Source: Planctomycetota bacterium
GTDB lineage: Bacteria; Planctomycetota; UBA1135; UBA2386
DNA: 64,000 bases
Direction: 5' to 3'
NCBI GenBank assembly: GCA_965228735.1
Contig: OZ245838.1
Coordinates: forward strand, 3,424,001-3,488,000
Shown here: positions 7,840 through 18,019 of the stretch, piece after piece
Position numbering within the stretch: position 1 is the first letter of the stretch
Layout: each line of letters starts with the position of its first letter
Translations under genes and position numbers: made by a program
The notes under the pieces: model-generated
Databases searched by the model: none
What the model was told of the DNA's origin: nothing
What the model saw: the letters and a program-made list of their open reading frames with translations, nothing else

Positions 7840-9192
7840 ATGACCAAGCTCAGTAGCCTCTTCGACCGCCGCAACTTCCTGCGCGGTGCCGGTGTGACCG
7901 TCACGCTGCCGTGGCTCGAGTCGCTCACGCGCCCGTTGGTTCCTGGCGCCCCGAAGCGCGAGCCCGTCCGCCGGATGTGCTTCGTCTACTTCCCCAACGG
8001 CGCGGCGATGCCGAAGGAGCACGACGAGAAGTGGGGCAAGTGGCGCTGGTTCCCGCACGATCCGGGGCGGGACTACGAGTTCACCGAGGTGCTGAAGTGC
8101 CTCGCGCCGTTCCGCGAGAAGCTCTCGCTGCTCGGCGGCCTGAGTCACCCGCTGAGTCGGGAGCTGCTCGGACACCTCGCGGGCGACACCTGGCTGACCG
8201 CCGGTGACATGCGCGGTGACGTCTACAAGAATCGGGTGTCCGTCGACCAGGTCGCGGCGCGGCAGCTGCAGAAGCACACGCGCTACCCGTCGCTCGTGCT
8301 CAGCACGGACGGTGGCGTCGGCTACAAGTCGCGCGTCTCGACGCTGTCGTTCGACCACAGCGCGCGCCCGATCCCGTCCGAGTGCCGCCAGCGGCTCATC
8401 TTCGAGCGCTACTTCGCGCCGGGCGGCGGTGCGACGACCGACGAACGGCGCCACCAGCTGCAGCGCGGCAAGAAGATCGTCGACCTCGTTCTCGAGGACA
8501 GCAAACGCCTGCAGGGCAAGCTCTCGGCGCGCGATCAGCAGAAGCTCGATGCCTACCTGGCGTCGCTCGACTCGGTCGAGGCCCAGATCCGCCGCAACGA
8601 GGAGTGGCTCGACCGGCCGATCAAGCCGTTCGACGCGAGCAAGATCGATCTCGACGTGGGTGCGGGCGTCGACCCGCAGGGTTACCTGCGATCGATGTTC
8701 GACCTCATGGTCCTGGGCTTCCAGACCGACCTCACGCGCGTCATGACGTTCATGACCGGGCGCGAGGACGGCATGGGCTTCGCCGACAAGTTCCCGGAGC
8801 GCGCGCTCGGCATCAAGCGCGGGCACCACACGATCAGCCACGACCAGCACGAGGGTCACTGGGATCAGTGGGGCCGGTACGATCAGTGGCACGCGCAGCA
8901 GTTCGGCTACTTCCTCGATCGCCTCGACGAGGTCGAGGACGAGCACGGCAAGCTGCTCGACACCACGATGGTGCTCTACGGCAGCTGCTGCAGCACGACG
9001 CACAACGCGCGCAACTACCCGCTCGCGCTCGCCGGCGGCGGCAAGCTCGGGCTGCGACACGGCGGCTACCACAAGTACGACGAGTCGACGCCGTTCAGCA
9101 ACGTGTTCGTCGGCATGCTCAACGCGGTCGGCGTGAAGACCGAGAGCTTCGCCGACAGCACGGGCACGATCGCCGAAGTCTTCCCCGCGTAA
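7840..9192 (+). CDS. DUF1552 family protein
   Basis: Tat-like 'DRRNFLRGAGVTVTLPWLESL', 'FVYFPNG', 'SVDQVAA', 'FQTDLTRVMTF' and 'HHTISH'. Canonical partner of DUF1592. Confidence 0.92.
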   Translation: MTKLSSLFDRRNFLRGAGVTVTLPWLESLTRPLVPGAPKREPVRRMCFVYFPNGAAMPKEHDEKWGKWRWFPHDPGRDYEFTEVLKCLAPFREKLSLLGGLSHPLSRELLGHLAGDTWLTAGDMRGDVYKNRVSVDQVAARQLQKHTRYPSLVLSTDGGVGYKSRVSTLSFDHSARPIPSECRQRLIFERYFAPGGGATTDERRHQLQRGKKIVDLVLEDSKRLQGKLSARDQQKLDAYLASLDSVEAQIRRNEEWLDRPIKPFDASKIDLDVGAGVDPQGYLRSMFDLMVLGFQTDLTRVMTFMTGREDGMGFADKFPERALGIKRGHHTISHDQHEGHWDQWGRYDQWHAQQFGYFLDRLDEVEDEHGKLLDTTMVLYGSCCSTTHNARNYPLALAGGGKLGLRHGGYHKYDESTPFSNVFVGMLNAVGVKTESFADSTGTIAEVFPA

Positions 9193-9217
9193 GCGGACCT
9201 CGCGGAATCCCCGTAGC

Positions 9218-9274
9218 GGGGTTGTGTACGGTGCCAGGCACGCACCACAACCCCCTGGCACGAACCACAACCCC
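9218..9274. repeat. Intergenic nested inverted/direct repeat
   Basis: GGGGTTGTG..GTGCCAGG pairs with CCTGGCAC..CACAACCCC. It also contains direct copies GGCACGCACCACAACCCC and GGCACGAACCACAACCCC. Confidence 0.6.
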
Positions 9275-9326
9275 TGTGGCGATCGCGGCGCGCTACGATG
9301 GACGCGCTTCTCGCCCTACGCTCGCC

Positions 9327-11102
9327 GTGATCCAATCCGCCCTCGTCCCTCTCGCCGCGCTGCTGGCAGCGCTGTTCGCTGCGCTCGCGCTGCCGGGCCA
9401 GAACCCGATCCAGGTGCCGCTGAACTACAACTTCAACGGCATCGCGCACGCCGGCGAAACCGGCCAACCCGACAATCCGAACGGCTTCCGGTCGATCTCG
9501 GATCGCGCGCTCGACTTCACGGGCGGCATCCCGAACGACCCCGTGCTTGCGCGCTACGCGCTCGTCACGATGCCGGGGACCCTCGACATGGTGCACCTCG
9601 GTAACCGCAACACGGTCGACAACGGCAACTGGGCGTTCGATTCTTCGCCCAACAGCAACAGCATCGGCACGCGGCCGAGCTGGCTGCCGAGCGTCAATCA
9701 GAGCGGGCCGCAGGCGACGGTGCTGTCGACGCCGATCCCGCTCGGACTGCAGTCGCAGGCGACGGTGCTGTTCCACGTGAGCAACGGCGGCGGCTCGTGC
9801 GATGTCTTGTTCACGTTCCAGAGCGCCCTGACGGTGACGCGGACGATCACGGCACCGGACTGGTTCAACGGCGGCTACGCCGGCCGCGACAGCGTCGATC
9901 GCGCCAACCCCGGCGGCAACCTCAACCTCGTCGAGGCGACGGTCGATCTCAGCGCGCACGCGGGCGAGACGCTGATCCGCATCGCGTTCTTCAACCGCTC
10001 CAACACCAACGCCGGCTACGGCATCTACGGCGTCAACGTCGTGCCCGCGCCCGAGCCGGCGACGGTCAACGAGATCCCGCTGAACTGCAACTGGAACGGC
10101 ATCGTGCACGCCGGCGAGTCGGGCCAGCCCGATGCCCCGAACGGCTACCGGTCGATCGCGGACAAGGGCCTCGACTTCTCGGGCGGCGTGCCGAACAACG
10201 CGCAGCTCGCCGGCTTCGACCTCGTCGAGTCGCCGGGTGTGCTCGATCTCGTGCTGCTGGGCAACCGCAACACGGTGGGGAACGCCCAGTATCCGTTCGA
10301 TCCGCTGCCCGACGGCGACGACCTCGGCACGCAACCCGCGTGGCTGAGCAATCCCGATCTCACGGGGCCGCAGACGACGACGCTGCCGACGCCGGTCCTG
10401 CTCGACAGCAGTTCGACGGCGAGTTTCCTCTATCAGATGTCACACGGGGGCGGCGCGTTCGACGTGCGGTTCACCTTCACGACGGCGTCGGTGACGTCGA
10501 CCCTGACCGCGAGCGACTGGGCCGCTGGTAGCTATCTCGCGGCCGGGAACGTGGACCGCGGCCAGACGGCGACGACGCTGCGGATCGAGGACGCGACGAT
10601 CGACCTCGGGCCGCTCGCCGGCCTCGTGCTGACCGCGATCACGTTCGAGAACTCGTCCAACAGCAACGGCAGCTGCGCCATCCTCGCGGCGACCGTGACC
10701 GGTTGCCTCGCGTGCAGCAACGTCGGCGGCCCGACCGCGTTCGGCGGCGGCAACGGCCCGACGATGACGACGTCGTCGACGGGCGCGCTCGGCTGCCCGC
10801 TCGACTGGACGGTGCAGGGCGCAACGCCCGGCACCACGTTCGGCCGCTTCGCGCTGTCGTTCGCCACGACGGGCCTGCCGCTCGCGGGCTTCGTCCCGGG
10901 CTGCACCGGCACGATCTTCGTCGACAACCCGGTGACGGCCGTCGCCGTCGTCAATCCGGCCGGCAACGCGACGTTCGCGTTGCCGATCCAGACCGATCCC
11001 GCGTTCTGCGGCCTGCGCATCATCGCGCAGTACGCCGAGCTCGTCCCGACCTCCTGCCCCATCCTGCTCAGCGATGCACTCTCGATCACGATCGGTAACT
11101 GA
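9327..11102 (+). CDS. Secreted protein with two ~205-aa tandem repeats and C-terminal domain
   Basis: Probable GTG start at 9327 gives a signal peptide ending ALPG-Q. Two repeats begin 'PLN(Y/C)N(F/W)NGI.HAGE.GQPD'. Paralog of 13712-15475. Start uncertain. Confidence 0.8.
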   Translation: MIQSALVPLAALLAALFAALALPGQNPIQVPLNYNFNGIAHAGETGQPDNPNGFRSISDRALDFTGGIPNDPVLARYALVTMPGTLDMVHLGNRNTVDNGNWAFDSSPNSNSIGTRPSWLPSVNQSGPQATVLSTPIPLGLQSQATVLFHVSNGGGSCDVLFTFQSALTVTRTITAPDWFNGGYAGRDSVDRANPGGNLNLVEATVDLSAHAGETLIRIAFFNRSNTNAGYGIYGVNVVPAPEPATVNEIPLNCNWNGIVHAGESGQPDAPNGYRSIADKGLDFSGGVPNNAQLAGFDLVESPGVLDLVLLGNRNTVGNAQYPFDPLPDGDDLGTQPAWLSNPDLTGPQTTTLPTPVLLDSSSTASFLYQMSHGGGAFDVRFTFTTASVTSTLTASDWAAGSYLAAGNVDRGQTATTLRIEDATIDLGPLAGLVLTAITFENSSNSNGSCAILAATVTGCLACSNVGGPTAFGGGNGPTMTTSSTGALGCPLDWTVQGATPGTTFGRFALSFATTGLPLAGFVPGCTGTIFVDNPVTAVAVVNPAGNATFALPIQTDPAFCGLRIIAQYAELVPTSCPILLSDALSITIGN

Positions 11103-13659
11103 TCTCGCGTTCGCCACCGCGGCGCTCGCGATCACGCTCGCGGCGCGCGTCACGGCGCAGAACCAGCCGCCGCTGACGCCCGGCTTCACGGAGCCGCCGA
11201 CGAGCAACCTCACGCTCAACCCGAGCGACGTCCACATGGAGACGACGCCGTTCTCCGATCCGGACCCGGGCGATCAGCACGCGGCGTCGGACTTCGAGAT
11301 CTGGACGGTGTCGCCGTCGCAGCGCGTCTGGGCGGGGCTCGGACTCACGGGTTTCGAGAAGGTGCACGCCCATCTCGGCGACGGCGTGTTCGAGAACTCG
11401 CACAGCGGCTGGCACCGACTGTTCGCCAACACGCAGTTCCTGCTGCGCGTGCGGCACAAGGACGACAGCGGCGATCCGGCCACCGAGTGGAGCGGCTGGG
11501 CGTCGGTCCCGTTCGCGACCGGCGACGCCGGAATCAAGCTCCCGATGCTGCTCGAGGACGTCGACAGCACTCCCGCGCCGACGTGGACGGAGGCGAACAA
11601 CCCCACGGTTGCGATCGACCTGCCCGCCGGCCTGCCGAGCCCGATGTTGCGGATCGAGACCGACACCCGCTGGCAGCTGCTCCGCATCGACGGCACGGCG
11701 AACACCATCAACCGGGTCTTCAACCCGCCGGGCCTGCCCGTGCATCGCGCGATCCGCGTCGTCATCGAGGCGGGCAACCCCGGCGGCAACCTACAGCTTC
11801 CCGCCAGCGATCTGCGCGCCTTCGAGCACAGCTGCGAGGGCTTCGTCATCCACCTGCCGGCGGTCGACCTGGCGCCGTTCTCGCGCGCCGAGTTCTGGGT
11901 CAGCGACCACGGCGGCACGTACGATGCGGCCGGCTCACCGTTCGTGCCGACGTTCAACAATCTCGCGCGCCCGGTGCCCGTACCGTGGGAGCCGCTGCAG
12001 GCCGGGTTCGCGCTCGACGTCGTCGCGTCGGGCCTGCGCATGCCGGTGAACATCGCGTTCGTGCCGGGCGCAGGCACGCAACCGCTCGATCCCAAGTTCT
12101 ACGTCACCGAGCTCTACGGCACGATCAAGGTCGTGACCAACGACGGCACGGTCGCGACCTACGCGTCCAACCTGCTCAACTACACGCCATCGGGCGCGTT
12201 CCCGGGCAGCGGCGAACAGGGCCTCGCGGGGATCGCGGTCGACCCCGTCACGGGCGACGTCTTCGTCTCCCATCTGTGGCGCACCGGCGGGCAGAACAAC
12301 CCGCGCATCACGCGGCTCACGAGCCAGAACGGCGGCCTCACGTCGTCGTCGCGGCAGGTGATCCTCGACATGCTCGGGGAACCGCAGGGCCAGTCGCATC
12401 AGGTCTCGTGCCTCGAGATCGTGAACGGCGAGCTCTACTGCCACATGGGTGACGGCTTCGCCTACCAAACGGCGCAGAACCTCGGCTCCTACCGCGGCAA
12501 GATCCTGCGGCTCAACCTCGACGGCACGCCGGTCACGAGCAACCCGTTCTACAACGGCGGCACGATCAACTCGCGCGACTACGTCTACTGCTACGGGGTG
12601 CGCAACCCGTTCGGCGGCGCGTGGCGCGCCGCGGACGGCGTGCGCTACTGCGTCGAGAACGGCCCCAACGTCGACCGCCTGTCGCAGCTCGTGCCGGGCC
12701 GCAACTTCGGCTGGAACAACTCGAACTCGAGCATGTTCAACTTCGCGCTGCACGCGTGGGACCCGTCATCCGGGCCCGTCAGCATCGCGTTCGTGCAGCC
12801 GCAGACATTCGGTGGCAGCGGCTTCCCGGCCGAGCTGCACGACCGCGCGTTCGTCACCGAGTCCGGCGCGACCTACGCGCAGGGCGAACAGTCGATCGGC
12901 AAGCGGATCACGTCGTTCACGTTCGACGCCAGCGGCAACGTCACGAGCGGACCGATCCCGTTCGTCGAGTACACCGGCGACGGCTTCGCGACCGCGGTCG
13001 CGCTCGCGGCCGGCCCCGACGGGCTCTACTTCAGCGAGTTCTACCGCGACGAGATGACGTCGGGGCCGACCGCGACCGGCGCGCGCATCCTGCGCGTGAG
13101 CTACGGCGACCCGCTCGACTGCGACGACAACGGCCTGCCCGACGCGTGCGAGCTGGCGAACGGCGCGGCCGACTGCAACGGCAACGGCGTGCTCGACGTG
13201 TGTGACCTCAGCTCGGGCACGTCCCACGACTTCGACGGCAACGGCGTGCCCGACGAGTGCGATCCGCTGTTCGCGAGTGTCGACACGATCTCGCTGAGCG
13301 CCGGCGGCACGGTCATGTTCGACCTCGACGCGGGTGCGAGCAACGCCGGGCAGCTCTACCGGCTGCTCGGCTCGATGACGGGCACGACCCCCGGCACGCA
13401 GTTCGGCAACGTCACGCTGCCGCTCAACAGCGTGAACGACCCTTGGTATCAGCTCACGTCAACGGTGTTCAACCCGGCGATCCTGCAGGGCACGGTCGGG
13501 CAACTCGACGGCGCCGGCCGCGCGCAGGCCGCGATCGCCGTGCCGCCGCTGCCGCTCAGCCTGCTCGGGCTGACGTTCCACCACGCCTACCTCGTGAGCG
13601 ACCCGAGCATGCTGGCGCTGTTCGCCAGCAACGCGGTCCCGCTCACGATGACGCCCTGA
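11074..13659 (+). CDS. PQQ-dependent sugar dehydrogenase-like (GSDH beta-propeller) secreted protein
   Basis: Signal peptide (VTA-Q), 'GEQGLAGIAVDP', 'AQNLGSYRGKILRLNLDG', 'YGVRNPFG', 'GPDGLYFSE', three DCxxNGxxDxC-type repeats and a shared C-terminal domain. Confidence 0.85.
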   Translation: MHSRSRSVTDLAFATAALAITLAARVTAQNQPPLTPGFTEPPTSNLTLNPSDVHMETTPFSDPDPGDQHAASDFEIWTVSPSQRVWAGLGLTGFEKVHAHLGDGVFENSHSGWHRLFANTQFLLRVRHKDDSGDPATEWSGWASVPFATGDAGIKLPMLLEDVDSTPAPTWTEANNPTVAIDLPAGLPSPMLRIETDTRWQLLRIDGTANTINRVFNPPGLPVHRAIRVVIEAGNPGGNLQLPASDLRAFEHSCEGFVIHLPAVDLAPFSRAEFWVSDHGGTYDAAGSPFVPTFNNLARPVPVPWEPLQAGFALDVVASGLRMPVNIAFVPGAGTQPLDPKFYVTELYGTIKVVTNDGTVATYASNLLNYTPSGAFPGSGEQGLAGIAVDPVTGDVFVSHLWRTGGQNNPRITRLTSQNGGLTSSSRQVILDMLGEPQGQSHQVSCLEIVNGELYCHMGDGFAYQTAQNLGSYRGKILRLNLDGTPVTSNPFYNGGTINSRDYVYCYGVRNPFGGAWRAADGVRYCVENGPNVDRLSQLVPGRNFGWNNSNSSMFNFALHAWDPSSGPVSIAFVQPQTFGGSGFPAELHDRAFVTESGATYAQGEQSIGKRITSFTFDASGNVTSGPIPFVEYTGDGFATAVALAAGPDGLYFSEFYRDEMTSGPTATGARILRVSYGDPLDCDDNGLPDACELANGAADCNGNGVLDVCDLSSGTSHDFDGNGVPDECDPLFASVDTISLSAGGTVMFDLDAGASNAGQLYRLLGSMTGTTPGTQFGNVTLPLNSVNDPWYQLTSTVFNPAILQGTVGQLDGAGRAQAAIAVPPLPLSLLGLTFHHAYLVSDPSMLALFASNAVPLTMTP

Positions 13660-13711
13660 CCTATACACCGCACCGACCCACCTACACCCCACGACTGCTC
13701 GAGGTACTCGC

Positions 13712-15475
13712 ATGACCGTCCGCTTCTTCGTTCTCACTGTTGCCCTCTCCGCGCCGCTCGCCGCCCAGGCGATCCCCGTGCCGCTGAACTACAACTTCAA
13801 CGGCATCGTCCATACCGGTGAAGCCGGGTTCCCCGACGCGCCGAACGGCTTCCGGTCGATCTCCGATCGCGCGCTCGACTTCACGCTCGGCGTGCCGTCC
13901 GACCCGCTGCTCTCGAGCTATCAGCTCGTGACGACCCCGACCACGCTCGACATCGTGCATCTCGGCAACCGCAACACGGTGGACAACAGCAGCAAGCCCT
14001 TCGACCCCACGCCCAACGCCAACAACCTCGGCATCCAGCCGAACTGGCTGGCCAACCCGGACCAGACCGGCCCGCAGACCTCGGTGCTTGCGATGCCGAT
14101 GCCCGTCACGTCGACGACGAGCGCCGCATTCCTCTACCAGGTCAGCAACGGCGGCGGTTCGTTCGACGTGAGGTTCACGTTCCAGAACAGCCCTGACTTC
14201 ACCGCGACGCTGTCGGCCGGCGACTGGTTCGGCGGCACCCTGCCCGGCACGGGCTCGGTCGACGAGGGTTTCCCCGACAACAACCTGTCGCTGACCGAGG
14301 GGCGCATCGATCTGTCCGCGTTCGCCGGCGACAACGTCACGGCGATCACGTTCGAGAACGCGAGCAACGGCAACGCGGGCTACGCGATCGTCGCGTGCAA
14401 CTTCGAGTACCCGCCCGTGCCGTCCGGCGTGATCCGGATCCCGCTGAACTACAACTTCAACGGCATCGTGCACGCGGGTGAACCAGGCCTCCCCGATGAC
14501 CTGAACGGCTACCGCTCGATCTCCGATCGCGGCCTCGACTTCACGGCCGGCGTGCCGACGGACCCGATCCTCGCGCCCTACTCGGTCATCGACACCGCTG
14601 GCACGCTCGACATCGTCCACCTCGGCAACCGCGACACCGTGAACAACAACGGCCAGCCGTTCGACCTCATCCCCGACAACGACGACATCGGCGTCATCCC
14701 CGCGTGGCTCCCGAGCGCCGACCAGACCGGCCCGCAGGTCACCCAGCTGTCGTCGCCGATCCTGCTCGACGGCAGCTCGCGCGCCACCGTGCTGTTCCAG
14801 ATCAGCAACGGCGGCGGCTCGTTCGACGTCGAGTTCGGCTTCCAGGCCGGCCCCCCGGTGATCGCCTCGGTCACGGGCGGCGACTGGTTCGGCGGCACCC
14901 TGCCCGGCACGGCCAACTTCGACAGCGGCCTGCCCGGCGCGAATCTGTCGCTGACCGAAGGCACGATCAACCTCTTCACCGAGGCTGGCCGCACGCTCAC
15001 GAGCATCGCGTTCCAGAACCGGTCGAACACCAACGCCGGCTACGCGATCGTCGCGATGAACGTCATCGGCTGTGGCATCTGCACGAACTCCGCGACGGCC
15101 GCGGTCACCAACCTCGGCGGCGGCACCGGCCCGACGCTGAGCTCGCAGTCGACGGCGCGCCTCGGTTGCGACCTCGACTGGTCGGTTGCGGGCGCGGTTC
15201 CGAGCAGCTTCGGCTTCTTCGTCCTCGGCCTCGGCTCCGCACCGACGCCGCTCAGCTCGTTCGTGCCGACCTGCACGACTGGCACGGTGCACATCGTCAA
15301 CCCGTCGAACCTGTTCGTCGCGACGAGCGCCGCGGGTGGTGCCGGCGTGAACTTCGAAACGCCGAACGCCCAGTTCGTCTGCGGCGTGACGTTCGCGGCG
15401 CAGTACGCGGAGCTCGTCTCCGGCAGCTGCTTCGTGTCGATCAGCAACGCGGTGTCGATCACGGTCGGCAACTGA
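13712..15475 (+). CDS. Secreted protein with two tandem repeats and C-terminal domain
   Basis: GAGG RBS, signal peptide (LAA-Q), two 'IPLNYNFNGIVH.GE.G.PD..NG.RSISDR.LDF' repeats, ending SNAVSITVGN. Confidence 0.88.
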   Translation: MTVRFFVLTVALSAPLAAQAIPVPLNYNFNGIVHTGEAGFPDAPNGFRSISDRALDFTLGVPSDPLLSSYQLVTTPTTLDIVHLGNRNTVDNSSKPFDPTPNANNLGIQPNWLANPDQTGPQTSVLAMPMPVTSTTSAAFLYQVSNGGGSFDVRFTFQNSPDFTATLSAGDWFGGTLPGTGSVDEGFPDNNLSLTEGRIDLSAFAGDNVTAITFENASNGNAGYAIVACNFEYPPVPSGVIRIPLNYNFNGIVHAGEPGLPDDLNGYRSISDRGLDFTAGVPTDPILAPYSVIDTAGTLDIVHLGNRDTVNNNGQPFDLIPDNDDIGVIPAWLPSADQTGPQVTQLSSPILLDGSSRATVLFQISNGGGSFDVEFGFQAGPPVIASVTGGDWFGGTLPGTANFDSGLPGANLSLTEGTINLFTEAGRTLTSIAFQNRSNTNAGYAIVAMNVIGCGICTNSATAAVTNLGGGTGPTLSSQSTARLGCDLDWSVAGAVPSSFGFFVLGLGSAPTPLSSFVPTCTTGTVHIVNPSNLFVATSAAGGAGVNFETPNAQFVCGVTFAAQYAELVSGSCFVSISNAVSITVGN

Positions 15476-15540
15476 TCCGCCGAGACCTGCGGGCGCGCCC
15501 TGCCCCGGACGTATCGGCGCGCCCGCACGCTGCTCACTGC

Positions 15541-15768
15541 ATGGACCACCAGCCCAACAACCCGCTGCACGGCATCACCCTGAAGATGATGCTCGAGTAC
15601 CTGGTCGAGGAGATCGGCTGGGCCGAGATGGCGCGCGCGGTCGACATCAACTGCTTCCACAACAACCCGACCATCAACTCGTCACTGAAGTTCCTGCGAA
15701 CGGTCGGCTGGGCGCGAACCAAGGTCGAGAACCTGTACCTGCGGGTGCGGCACCCGCGCGGGGCATAG
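15541..15768 (+). CDS. VF530 / DUF2132 family small DNA-binding protein
   Basis: MDHQPNNPLHGITLKMMLEYLVEEIGW...INCFHNNPTINSSLKFLRTVGWARTKVENLYL matches the family signature NPLHGxTL...SSLKFLRxTxWARxKVE. Confidence 0.9.
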   Translation: MDHQPNNPLHGITLKMMLEYLVEEIGWAEMARAVDINCFHNNPTINSSLKFLRTVGWARTKVENLYLRVRHPRGA

Positions 15769-15786
15769 CCCGGGGCCCTGCTCCCC

Positions 15787-15840
15787 ATCACTGGCCCCGA
15801 ATCACTGGCCCCGAATCACTGGCCCCAAATCACTGGCCAA
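15787..15840. repeat. 14-bp tandem repeat, about four copies
   Basis: ATCACTGGCCCCGA x2, ATCACTGGCCCCAA, ATCACTGGCCAA. The last copy contains the stop codon of the minus-strand gene. Confidence 0.9.
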
Positions 15841-17953
15841 CGGTCAGCTCGATCCCCTGCGTCGCCTCGAGTCCGCCCGACCGCAGACCGAACGCCTGGG
15901 CGAACACCCGTAGCCCGACGAGCGTAGAGGCCGCCGGGATGGGCAGTGGCCAGCGGCCGTTGCCGAAGCCGTCGGTCGTCGTGAAGAGCGACACCCGCGG
16001 CTGCACGAGCAGCGTGCAGCCGGCGACCGGCGTCGCGGCCTGCTGGAGCCCAACGCCGAGCAGCGCCGGCGCTGCCGCCAAGTGACCGCTGCTCGACAGC
16101 GTCAAGTCAGTGGCCGGCCGCGGCCAGTCGTCGGCGCGCAGTTGCAGCGTCGCCGGGCAACCCGTGCCATAGGAATCCGCGCGCGGCGACTGCAGGGCGA
16201 GCTCGTACAGACTCTCGCCGTCGAACAGCCGCACGCGTCCCGGCGCCGCGCTCACGGACGGCCACAGCGGCAGCGCCACGGCCGGGATCACGAGCTGCCT
16301 CCAATCGACGCCGTCCCAGATCCAGGTGTCGAGTTTGGCGCCGATGACGGCCGGTTCCGCCGACAACACGACGAGGCCCGTGACAGGTTCGAACGCCATG
16401 CTGACGAACGCGTCGGGTGCCGGGGCGTTGGCGGGCGTGAGCTGCTGCCAGCTCGTGCCGTTCCACGACCAGGTATCGGCGCGTGCGCCCACGACCGTGT
16501 CGCTCCCGCCCCACAGGAGCACGTTGCCACGCGCGAGGTCCCCGACCATCGCGGCGCCGCTGCGCGCGGTCGGCGCTACCGGCGTCGCGACCTGATTCCA
16601 GCCCGCAGCGGTCAGCCGCCACGTGTCGCCTAGCGCCGTGCCCGGTCCCGTGCCACCGCCGAACAACAGCGCGCCGCCAGTCGTCGGGTCGAACGCCACG
16701 GCGGGATACTCGCGGCCCGGCGGTCGCTGCGCGGAAGCGACCGGGCTCCAGGTAATGCCATCGAAGCGCCACGTGTCATCGAGGAACTGGGTCGAGCTCA
16801 CCCGCCCGCCGAACAGGAAGACGTCGTTGCCGTCGCTCCACATGCCGTGCTGCGAGCGCCGCGGCGGTGATGTCGGCGGCGCGCGCAGCAACCAGCTCGC
16901 GCCGTCCCACTCCCATGTCCGCGCCGCGTTCGCGCCCGCGACCAGGTCGCCGAACAGCACGAGTCGGTCGCGCGCGATCGAGTAGGCCGTACCCGGCGTG
17001 AAATTCTCGATGGGCAGCATCGTCGCGAATCGCTGGTTCCACGCCACGCCGTCCCACTCCCAAAGGTCCTGAGAGTTCGACGTGACGCCGCCGCCGATCA
17101 ACACCGTCCGGTCGCGATGGCTGTCGTAGACGACGCGGCCGCGACCGTGCGGCCCGGCCTGCGGCCACGGGGTCCAGGTGTTGCCGTCGTACTCCCACGT
17201 ATCCGGGGTCGCACCGCCGCCGTAGAGGACACTCACTCCGCGAGCGGTGTCGAACGTCATGTTCGCGCCGCTGCGCGCGCTCGGCGCGACCGGCGGTGTG
17301 CGCTGCGTCCAGGTGACGCCGTCCCACTCCCACGTGTCGCCGAGCGGCGGGTTCAGGATGAACATCGGATCCGTACCGCCGAACAGCACCGTCCGACCAC
17401 GCGCACGATCGAACGCCATCGCCGCGGCGATGCGCCGCGACGGCCCCACGACGTTGCGCAGCGTCCAGGTCGCGCCATCCCACTCCCAGGTCTGCACGGC
17501 TGGCGTGGTCGATCCCCCGCAGACGAACACCGTGCGATCACGCGCGCTGTCGAACACCGCCTGGCCGTGAAGAAACACCTGCGGCCCCGTCGCGGTCACG
17601 CGCTGCTGCCAGCGGTTGCCGTCGAACTCGTAGACCTCGGTCATGAACAGGTTGGTCCAACGGTCGACGAGCGCGACCACCACGCCGCGCGTGCTGTCGT
17701 ACGCCATGGCCTTGGGTCGCTGCGGCAGCAGGCCGACCGGGCGATGCAACCAGCGGCTGCCGTCCCACTCCCGCGTCTCAGCCGCGGCGCCGACGCCCAC
17801 GAGCCGGCCGCGGACCTCGTCGAACACCGCGACCGTGGCCGCAACGAACGGATCGCCGACCACTCGCCATTCCTGACCACGGACCGACGAAGTCGCCAGC
17901 GCGAGCAGCGCACACAGCGAGGCGGGGAAAGCGGTCGACATCGTGGAGGGCAT
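15830..17953 (-). CDS. Secreted Kelch-like (TWEWDG) beta-propeller protein with C-terminal domain
   Basis: About 12 repeats of 'M.FD..RG..VLFGG....DTWEWDG..W', a signal peptide (VRG-Q) and a YGTGC-initiated C-terminal domain. Start 17953 or 17941. Confidence 0.85.
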   Translation of the reverse strand: MPSTMSTAFPASLCALLALATSSVRGQEWRVVGDPFVAATVAVFDEVRGRLVGVGAAAETREWDGSRWLHRPVGLLPQRPKAMAYDSTRGVVVALVDRWTNLFMTEVYEFDGNRWQQRVTATGPQVFLHGQAVFDSARDRTVFVCGGSTTPAVQTWEWDGATWTLRNVVGPSRRIAAAMAFDRARGRTVLFGGTDPMFILNPPLGDTWEWDGVTWTQRTPPVAPSARSGANMTFDTARGVSVLYGGGATPDTWEYDGNTWTPWPQAGPHGRGRVVYDSHRDRTVLIGGGVTSNSQDLWEWDGVAWNQRFATMLPIENFTPGTAYSIARDRLVLFGDLVAGANAARTWEWDGASWLLRAPPTSPPRRSQHGMWSDGNDVFLFGGRVSSTQFLDDTWRFDGITWSPVASAQRPPGREYPAVAFDPTTGGALLFGGGTGPGTALGDTWRLTAAGWNQVATPVAPTARSGAAMVGDLARGNVLLWGGSDTVVGARADTWSWNGTSWQQLTPANAPAPDAFVSMAFEPVTGLVVLSAEPAVIGAKLDTWIWDGVDWRQLVIPAVALPLWPSVSAAPGRVRLFDGESLYELALQSPRADSYGTGCPATLQLRADDWPRPATDLTLSSSGHLAAAPALLGVGLQQAATPVAGCTLLVQPRVSLFTTTDGFGNGRWPLPIPAASTLVGLRVFAQAFGLRSGGLEATQGIELTVGQ

Positions 17954-18019
17954 GGCGCGAGTCGAGCATACGACCCGGCGGCACTCACGTGGCAATCGCG
18001 ACCGGTGAGACCGCGCGGC

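Noticed and set aside
8382..9326. N-terminal extension of the 8382-11102 ORF
   Set aside because: Overlaps the DUF1552 gene out of frame. The signal peptide starts near 9327.
15787..15840. CRISPR array (also considered at 20476, 40948, 48745)
   Set aside because: Units are 14-20 bp, directly abutting, without unique spacers. No cas genes in the window.
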